Source: a virus. Taken from it: a DNA stretch of 64,000 nt. Made by a program: the position numbers and the translations under genes. This document shows positions 57,842 to 64,000 of this stretch, piece by piece (the stretch's first letter is position 1; every line of letters begins with the position of its first letter). Below the pieces are notes generated by a model. The model was not told the origin of the DNA. It was given only the letters and a program-made list of their open reading frames with translations, and did not search any database. Location of the stretch: IMG/VR virus record IMGVR_UViG_3300044957_000729. One strand, 5' to 3'.

Positions 57842-58330
57842 TTATATATCTGACAGTACCCTATTTAAGTCCTCTCTAGAAAACCCATTAGGAAGAGCCA
57901 TAATCTTGTCCTTAATCTCCTCTGTTATTCTAGCCCTGATACTATACCTCTGATAGTGCTCACTGTTTTCGTAATGAGAAGACCACTCAAGATTATCTAT
58001 ATGATTATTCTTCTTATCTAGATCCTTATGATTAACTACTAGATCCTGACATCCCTCCACAGGCTTAAATGTTAACATCACCAATCTATGTACAAAACTC
58101 TTGGTGTCTCTTAGATGAACTTTATAGTAGCCAGTATAATGATCCTCAAGTTTTATTAGATTACCCCTCGGTCCTAAAACATTACCTTTAATAGAAACAC
58201 AATACCCTGCAGCATCAGGAATCTCCTTATATAAATCTCCACCAAATATCACAATCTTATCATCCGACGAAAGATGTAAATCTGGTAACTTTGCTAGTAG
58301 ATTATCCACACATTCTTTGATTATATCCAT
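57842..58330 (-). CDS. NUMOD4-HNH homing endonuclease-like protein
   Basis: YCVSIKGNV, VHRLVMLTF, VNHKDLDKKNNHIDNLEWSSHYEN. Confidence 0.85.
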   Translation of the reverse strand: MDIIKECVDNLLAKLPDLHLSSDDKIVIFGGDLYKEIPDAAGYCVSIKGNVLGPRGNLIKLEDHYTGYYKVHLRDTKSFVHRLVMLTFKPVEGCQDLVVNHKDLDKKNNHIDNLEWSSHYENSEHYQRYSIRARITEEIKDKIMALPNGFSREDLNRVLSDI

Positions 58331-58339
58331 ACACTTTTT

Positions 58340-59250
58340 ATCTTATTTATCCCGCCGGACCACGATTTCCCCGGGGTCCCCGATTTCACTACCCAATTTC
58401 GCCTCATTTTTCCATTTCGCCTCGCCTTCGTCTCGTTACCTTAGCTTAAACCTCCACAAAGCGCGGAATAGAAAAATCCCCGTTTAGTCCCCCGATTTTT
58501 CTACTAAAATCCCCCGAAATTTCTACCCTAAAAATGGGGGGACAAAACACCAAAAATCCCCCAAACACGCCCCCGCTCTTATAGACAATAATATTATCAC
58601 TACCCCTATACATAAGCACATACATATACCACTACCTATACAGTACACCATACACATATACACTAGACAAGTACCTACCCACATAAACACACATACCTTA
58701 ACTAAACTAATAAAAACAAAAAGAATCACCATTCCTACTATAGTACATAGTATACCTATACCTATATAGACACCTACCCCTACTGTATACACAACCCATA
58801 TCCCTACTACATGTCAAAGGGGACGTATAGTAGACCCCTTGCTCACACGTATACGCGTTCTTATAAGTAAGACCCTCAAGGGGTTTTTCTCAGCGTCCCG
58901 TGCAGCTAAAATACTCTCAGATAACTACCCCTTTAACCTCTCGTGGAAAGACCCGTAGAATATACCACAGAGCGAGCAAGGTTAAACCCACTTTCTACGT
59001 GCACCTCGGAAGGCCCCCAGGGGGTCCCCACGTGGTCCCCACGCGGTCCCCACGCGGTCAATTATCTGGGATTATCTGGGAATTTCCTGGATATCTAGGA
59101 TACCTTCTGGGAAACTTCCGTGGATTCTCTAGGATTCCCCTGGATATTCTTAGAAATTCTTGGAAAATCCCCGAATGCGTGCGAGTGCGGGGGCGAATCC
59201 GGGTGATCCCGGGGGTCACAAAAATATTTGGTGGGGGATTTACTTTTTGA
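58340..59250. other. Non-coding, strand-biased, repeat-rich region at a divergence point (candidate genome terminus or origin)
   Basis: Almost G-free TAC/ACA tract 58580-58810; GGTCCCCACG x3 at 59023-59054; 10-11 bp periodic repeats 59061-59175. Confidence 0.55.
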
Positions 59251-59362
59251 TAAACTTTTTATATAATTGAAATATTATAAGAAAGGAAGGAAAATCAAGG
59301 AATCGTTTTTTTCTTCCGAGGAGAACTGCTAAATTTGCAAAAAACTAAAAACGTAAAAAGCG

Positions 59363-59740
59363 ATGATTATAAAAAGAAAAAAAGAAACTCCCCCGAACGA
59401 TTCTCGTCTGTGGTCTAAGAGAGATCGTAAGACTTTGAAGGCTATGGTGAAGGAGGGTAAGACACTTAAAGATATCGCAGAGGAGCTTGGGCGAACCCCT
59501 GCTGCTGTGCAATATCAGAAGAGTGCGATGGGATTGGTTAAGACGGTGAAGGAGAAGAAGGTGAAAATGAAGACTAAGGAAGGTAATAAGATTGAAGTTA
59601 ATGTGTCTGCTGAGGCTCTCTCTGATAAGGAGATGAGTCCTAGGGATAATTCCAAGGAGTTGGCGAAGGTTGCTCGGGGAATAGCCAGGGCAAATGGTAA
59701 AAGGATAACGATGGCTATGTTCTTTGTTGAAGATTTGTAA
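59363..59740 (+). CDS. Myb/HTH-like DNA-binding protein
   Basis: WSKRDRKTLKAM...TLKDIAEELGRTPAAV. Confidence 0.7.
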   Translation: MIIKRKKETPPNDSRLWSKRDRKTLKAMVKEGKTLKDIAEELGRTPAAVQYQKSAMGLVKTVKEKKVKMKTKEGNKIEVNVSAEALSDKEMSPRDNSKELAKVARGIARANGKRITMAMFFVEDL

Positions 59741-59760
59741 ACAATTAAAATCAAATAAGT

Positions 59761-60420
59761 ATGGCAAAACAAATTCCAAGAAATGTAAAGGTGGCTGCTA
59801 TGAAGGCATATGTGACCGATGGCAAAAATTTAAAAGATGCTGCGATTGAGCATGGGGTTAGTCGCGAGAGTCTTCGTAGATGGTTAGGTGGCAAGGTGCG
59901 TAAGAAAGGCACTTACGTTAGAAAAGGTAATAAATCGGTGGTTGATCCAAGCTCTTCTATTAGTCGAGCATCTATGATTGCACTTAAGCCTAAAACATCT
60001 AAGGCGTCTTTGGAGAATACCCGCTCTAATAAGCGATGGACTTTGACTGAGGACGAACTACTAAGAGACGCGGTTCTTAGCAAGATGACTGTTAAGGAGA
60101 CCGTTGATTTACTAGGAAGAACCTCCGTGGCTATTTGCTGTCGTAAGAACCATCTAATCGATAATAGATTCATTAACGAGACGAGTAAGTTTGTAATGCC
60201 GACAGGCATCAAAAGAGTGCGTAAGAAGATGGAGACTCCTTTCGATACTGCTGAGGTGGAAGCTATCATGGATATCCCTGCGGATGAGCCATTACAAGAA
60301 TCTAATGGGGCTTACCAGAACATTGAGCTTTCCGATCTTGCTAAAATTGTCCGAGACTATGGTGTTAACATCACTGTGTCTATGACATCCCGAGGTATGG
60401 AGGTTAAGATGACGAAATAA
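59761..60420 (+). CDS. HTH plus Myb-like DNA-binding protein
   Basis: LKDAAIEHGVSRESLRRW; KRWTLTEDELL...LLGRTSVAI. Confidence 0.7.
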   Translation: MAKQIPRNVKVAAMKAYVTDGKNLKDAAIEHGVSRESLRRWLGGKVRKKGTYVRKGNKSVVDPSSSISRASMIALKPKTSKASLENTRSNKRWTLTEDELLRDAVLSKMTVKETVDLLGRTSVAICCRKNHLIDNRFINETSKFVMPTGIKRVRKKMETPFDTAEVEAIMDIPADEPLQESNGAYQNIELSDLAKIVRDYGVNITVSMTSRGMEVKMTK

Positions 60421-60440
60421 TCTCAAACCCCCTCGAGATT

Positions 60441-60475
60441 AAAAAAGAAGGTCAGTCTTATGACTGATCTTTTTT
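60441..60475. terminator. Bidirectional intrinsic terminator
   Basis: AAAAAAGAAGGTCAGTCTTATGACTGATCTTTTTT between convergent genes. Confidence 0.7.
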
Positions 60476-60529
60476 GTGGGGAGCCCACCTTAGGACCCCT
60501 TACGTGTGTGCGTGAGTATGTGGATTTTT

Positions 60530-60982
60530 CTAATATTCATCCTCTTCCCCTAGGTGTAGGGTGATCTTCCAGAGTTTAGGATCTTCGGATTTGTTCATGT
60601 GGATTTCGATTGCGGTGAGTGCTAAAGGAAGTCTGTGTACCTCCGAGGTGAATGTGTCGTAATCAAAATCTGATTCTGTGAGTTCGATGGTGTCTTCTTC
60701 AGTATCTCCGGTGTGTGGATCTTCTATTTCGATGGTCATGGAGAGAGATTTTAGTCTTGCTCCATTGGAACCTATGTCAATGCCCCAGTTTCTATAGTCT
60801 AGATCTATTGTCCATTCTGCGATGCCGTCGACGACTCTTGCCATGTGGAGGGATTTGGGTTCGTCATAGAAGTCTATGGCTGTGGGTGCTCCGCTGCTGG
60901 AGTAGGTGGCTATCTTGGTGCGGTATACGAAGGTGTCCGATGCGGATTCCGAGATGAGGTTGAAGGGTTTGATACGTTTCAT
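60530..60982 (-). CDS. Hypothetical protein with capsid-targeting-like N-terminus
   Basis: MKRIKPFNLISES; GATAAATA directly upstream. Confidence 0.6.
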   Translation of the reverse strand: MKRIKPFNLISESASDTFVYRTKIATYSSSGAPTAIDFYDEPKSLHMARVVDGIAEWTIDLDYRNWGIDIGSNGARLKSLSMTIEIEDPHTGDTEEDTIELTESDFDYDTFTSEVHRLPLALTAIEIHMNKSEDPKLWKITLHLGEEDEY

Positions 60983-61139
60983 ATGATATTTATCCGTGAA
61001 TTGTTTTTTTATTCCGCTAATGTATCGTATATTTGTAGTGTTAAACATTTCTTGTTTTGTATATTATTTAGGTTTTAATTGGTTATCGTAAGACCGAGTC
61101 CGCAAAGGCTCGGTTTTTTGTTGGGCGAAGGTCTTGCGG

Positions 61140-61265
61140 ACATCCAAGAATTTCCCAGAAAATCCCAGCGGCATGCCGAGCGGAACTCGAGCGGAATCCG
61201 AGCGGAAGGTCTGCGACATCTCTGCGGAAGTCTCCGAGGATTAATCCCCAGGGGAGCCACCGGGA
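61140..61265. repeat. GC-rich ~11-bp periodic repeats (CGAGCGGAA x3 and variants)
   Basis: ccgagcggaa ctcgagcggaa tccgagcggaa ... ctgcggaa. Confidence 0.7.
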
Positions 61266-61313
61266 AATATAATGCGAGGGGAAATTTATCGGATCGGATT
61301 AGAATTTTTTGGA

Positions 61314-61350
61314 AATCATTTTTTTGATTGTAGAGAATTTTCTATCTTTG
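61314..61350 (+). promoter_or_regulatory. Early promoter class AATC(A/G/C)T7-N17-TAnnTTT(G/A), representative copy
   Basis: Copies at about 39642, 41394, 47171(-), 49083(-), 54558(-), 59301, 61314, 61897, 62826 and 63738; the downstream box matches the Bacteroidota -7 element TAnnTTTG. Confidence 0.75.
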
Positions 61351-61366
61351 TAAGAAAAAGGGGATT

Positions 61367-61897
61367 ATGAAAGACACTACCAAAGTTGCAGCATTAGCGG
61401 TCGCGAGGAACATCGCAGACAAGCTTTACGAGGGTAACGACGTGAGCAAGCGTATGGGACGTATACTAGCTATATCAGCAGCGGTTTTAGAAAAGAGTGA
61501 TGCACGCTTTGATAGAATGCGGGAGGATCTACAGAGTGTATACGAGGAGATGAGCCGTGTACATAATAAGTTGTATCAGGATTTAGGAGGGCAATTAGGT
61601 TCTGGTGAATTCTTCGGAGTGGACATAGAGGATCTCGAAGGTAAGACGGATTTAAACTTTAAGAGGTTGGTTGATGGAATCGACCCAGATGGATTTATGC
61701 ACCTTCAGATTTCTCTTGGGGGATTACGAGAGCTTATCGCTAAACTCGCAGGAGGTGTTCCTTTTAAAACCCCGGATTTGGTTTTCGTGGAGCGGCTTCA
61801 GTTCGCCCATTGGTTGACGTTCATGAGTCTGTACGAGAGTAAGCACCGAGACAAGGTTTTAAAAATAATCTCTAAGTACGATCCAAAAGCTTCTTAA
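61367..61897 (+). CDS. Early hypothetical protein
   Basis: Preceded by AATCATTTTTTT-N17-TATCTTTG. Confidence 0.6.
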   Translation: MKDTTKVAALAVARNIADKLYEGNDVSKRMGRILAISAAVLEKSDARFDRMREDLQSVYEEMSRVHNKLYQDLGGQLGSGEFFGVDIEDLEGKTDLNFKRLVDGIDPDGFMHLQISLGGLRELIAKLAGGVPFKTPDLVFVERLQFAHWLTFMSLYESKHRDKVLKIISKYDPKAS

Positions 61898-61948
61898 ATC
61901 ATTTTTTTCTTTAAATAGAATTTTCCACATTTGTAAAAACAATCAAAT

Positions 61949-62824
61949 ATGCCAAATCACATTTCAAACATTTTGACTATCGAAGGTGACGCCAAGAGGG
62001 TAGCTCAGATTAAGAGTGATATCATTTCCGTTGATGAGGATAGGAATATCAGACATATCGATTTCAACAAGATCGTTCCGATGCCGGAGAGTTTAAATAT
62101 CACTAGTGGCAGCAGTACGAGTAACGGGATTGCTATCTTGGAGTATCGTGCTGGTAACGCCACCAAGATTAACGAGATAATGGGGTATGCTTGGGCGACT
62201 GAGTTTGCGACACCTGAAGATTTAATCAATCATATGATTGAGAAGGGTACGGCTAATCTCGAAGAGGCTCAGAAGGCTTTGGATAATGGGCGATTATACG
62301 GACACCTTGATTGGTATTCGTGGAGTAATGCTAACTGGGGTACGAAGTGGAACGCATATGACACGAATGAGAATGAAAACGGTGATATTTATTTCCAGAC
62401 GGCTTGGAGTAATCCGTTGCCTGTCATGGAGGCTTTGAGTCGTAAGTATCCGGATGTTGTATTTCGTGTGAGATTTGCCGATGAGGATTTTGGTCATAAT
62501 GTGGGTGAGTACAGTTTAGGAAACGGAGAGGTGGTGTCGGAGAACATTCCTGAGGGTGGTTCAAAGGAGGCTTATGATCTGGCCGCTGATATCAAAGGAT
62601 ATGAAAGTTATCTCACTGACCGTGTGTATGATATCAAAGCTGAGACTATCGACGAGCTAGAGGATTACGAGAAGACTTATATCAAATCGGTTTACAACAA
62701 GGGTGTCATTGAAGACTTCCCGAGGGTTGTTATAGACTACATGTTGGAGTTAGCCGTTGCTGATGAGGATTTCGAATTAGCTATTAAGCTAAGAAATATG
62801 ACCGCTTGTAAAGACGAAGATTAA
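61949..62824 (+). CDS. DUF1281/YubB ferredoxin-like domain protein
   Basis: MPNHISN, DFNKIVPMP, NWGTKWNA, FQTAWSNP, FADED. Confidence 0.75.
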   Translation: MPNHISNILTIEGDAKRVAQIKSDIISVDEDRNIRHIDFNKIVPMPESLNITSGSSTSNGIAILEYRAGNATKINEIMGYAWATEFATPEDLINHMIEKGTANLEEAQKALDNGRLYGHLDWYSWSNANWGTKWNAYDTNENENGDIYFQTAWSNPLPVMEALSRKYPDVVFRVRFADEDFGHNVGEYSLGNGEVVSENIPEGGSKEAYDLAADIKGYESYLTDRVYDIKAETIDELEDYEKTYIKSVYNKGVIEDFPRVVIDYMLELAVADEDFELAIKLRNMTACKDED

Positions 62825-62867
62825 AAATCATTTTTTTAAACCGGAAGGTGTTTCTATATTTAGGTGG

Positions 62868-63686
62868 ATGGACGACAAATCTAAGATAGTTAGGATGCGA
62901 GATATAAGCTTCGATCCCTCCTTATTCGAAACAATGAGGACTGGAAAGAAGATCGATAACTTGCTAAGCTCTGAAGGTGGATTCACAAGATCCACCAATT
63001 TTATTTTGGTGGGTGATCCTGGGATCGGTAAGAGCACAGTGTCAATGGATATCTTAGCGGATTTAAAGCGGAACGGTCATTCTGTTCTTTTTATCTCCGG
63101 TGAGATGGACCGAGTGGATCTTTACCGATACGTTAAGCGATATCCCAAGTTTGGGGATCTCGACATTCTTTTCCTCGGCGAGTACATAGACGAAAATCCG
63201 ATGAGGGTTATAGAGAGTACACTCAACCTAGGATACGATGTGGTGCTAATAGATTCATTCATCGAAGTTTGTGACACGGTTAAGGAAAGATGTAAGATCA
63301 CTTCGAATGCTGCGGAAAAATGGTTGATTGATTTAATGCGTAAGCACAATGCGGGTGGCAACTCTAAATCCGCTTACACCTCGTTTCTTTGTATTCAACA
63401 AGTAACTAAAGAGGGTGTGTTTGTCGGATCAAACAAGTTGAAGCACAATACGACTGGTATGATGGAGCTTCGGTTTACACCAGAAGGATCCCGCTTCATT
63501 ATGTTTACTAAGAACAGAAGAGGCGAGGTCAACAAGAAATTATACTTCGACCTTTCTTCCACTTCGGATGTTGCATATGAATACGAGACATTCCATGTCG
63601 CAATAGAGAAAGCCGCAAAACATGTGATGTCACGTAAAGACGATGATGACGAAGAGAATATCACTAATATATTTTTCGGGATGTAA
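62868..63686 (+). CDS. RecA-superfamily (RadA/Sms- or KaiC-like) ATPase
   Basis: GDPGIGKST, FISGEM, LIDS, QVTKEG, KNRRG. Confidence 0.8.
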   Translation: MDDKSKIVRMRDISFDPSLFETMRTGKKIDNLLSSEGGFTRSTNFILVGDPGIGKSTVSMDILADLKRNGHSVLFISGEMDRVDLYRYVKRYPKFGDLDILFLGEYIDENPMRVIESTLNLGYDVVLIDSFIEVCDTVKERCKITSNAAEKWLIDLMRKHNAGGNSKSAYTSFLCIQQVTKEGVFVGSNKLKHNTTGMMELRFTPEGSRFIMFTKNRRGEVNKKLYFDLSSTSDVAYEYETFHVAIEKAAKHVMSRKDDDDEENITNIFFGM

Positions 63687-63706
63687 TTCCTGCTTGTTGC
63701 ATCCTT

Positions 63707-63734
63707 AGGCCCAGGAGCGACCTTGGGCTTTTTT
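63707..63734 (+). terminator. Intrinsic terminator
   Basis: AGGCCCAGG-AGCGA-CCTTGGGCTTTTTT. Confidence 0.7.
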
Positions 63735-63778
63735 GTGAATCATTTTTTTAATTAAATAGAATTTTCTACATTTACAAT

Positions 63779-64000
63779 ATGAAATTAACACAAGAACAAA
63801 TCAATTGGCTTAACAAGTGTACTAAAGGAACTTGGACACTTAACGAGAAAACAGGATTGGTTGATGTGAAGGGGGATTTCTATTGTAGTGAACAAAATCT
63901 TGAGGACTTTAAGGGGGTTAGATTCGGAACAGTTACTGAGGGTTTCTATTGCCGGAATAACCAGCTCACAAGTCTAGTGGGAGCACCACAAAAGGTTGGA
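63779..64000 (+). CDS. LRR-like repeat protein (3'-partial)
   Basis: MKLTQEQINWL...GDFYCS...FYCRNNQLTSLVGAPQKVG runs off the window. Confidence 0.65.
   Translation, partial: MKLTQEQINWLNKCTKGTWTLNEKTGLVDVKGDFYCSEQNLEDFKGVRFGTVTEGFYCRNNQLTSLVGAPQKVG

Noticed and set aside
58523-59250. ORFs 58523..58792(-) and 58900..59250(+)
   Set aside because: They translate low-complexity, strand-biased repeats; atypical composition and no recognisable motifs
59023-61265. Short direct repeats as a CRISPR array
   Set aside because: Units are 9-11 bp and contiguous, with no unique spacers; no cas genes in the window
1635-63664. Numerous antisense or overlapping ORFs in the track (e.g. 7352-, 9216-, 25639-, 35975-, 59345-, 61079+)
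   Set aside because: Shadow frames of well-supported genes or of repeats
1-64000. Eukaryotic giant virus (NCLDV) origin, suggested by the PolB intein site, the MBD4-like gene and the RNR type
   Set aside because: UvsW, gp56-like and two-subunit topoisomerase genes, operonic overlaps, intrinsic terminators, peptidoglycan enzymes and Bacteroidota-type promoters indicate a bacteriophage
1-64000. tRNA, rRNA or riboswitch genes
   Set aside because: No cloverleaf or T-loop signature recognised in intergenic regions by eye; tRNAscan-SE/Infernal would be needed to exclude them

Overview
This is an AT-rich, densely coding segment of a large T4-like (jumbo-type) dsDNA phage. The host is probably a Bacteroidota bacterium: there are TAnnTTTG-type early promoters, A-rich leaders without Shine-Dalgarno sites, a Gln at +1 after a signal peptide, and Hc1- and DUF4494-like small genes. 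Replication, repair and metabolism genes include a UvsW helicase, family B DNA polymerase, sliding clamp, two-subunit topoisomerase II, nrdA/nrdB, a gp56-like dCTPase, adk, UVDE, an MBD4-like glycosylase and DnaJ. Main observations: (1) Three essential genes (UvsW, topoisomerase II small subunit, PolB C-half) are each fractured into N-extein+IntN / free-standing nuclease / IntC+C-extein. Each has a different nuclease family. Each nuclease has its own GATATATA late-promoter motif, which in two cases supplies the stop codon (GAT ATA TAA) that splits the intein. (2) The DNA polymerase is encoded in three pieces about 20 kb apart. (3) More than 20 ORFs share a T4-like N-terminal capsid-targeting motif, many directly behind a GATATATA motif, suggesting a large injected proteome: a MoxR-type AAA/metallopeptidase/VWA module, adenylate kinase, an L,D-transpeptidase-like protein and OmpA-domain proteins. 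(4) A duplicated module pairs a late capsid-targeted OmpA-domain gene with a convergent early secreted-protein gene, a possible effector/immunity or superinfection-exclusion pair. (5) Three promoter classes can be read from the sequence. (6) A strand-biased, repeat-rich non-coding region at 58.3-59.3 kb may be the genome end or origin. No tRNA, rRNA or CRISPR array was seen. All family assignments come from motif recognition by eye, not from database searches.
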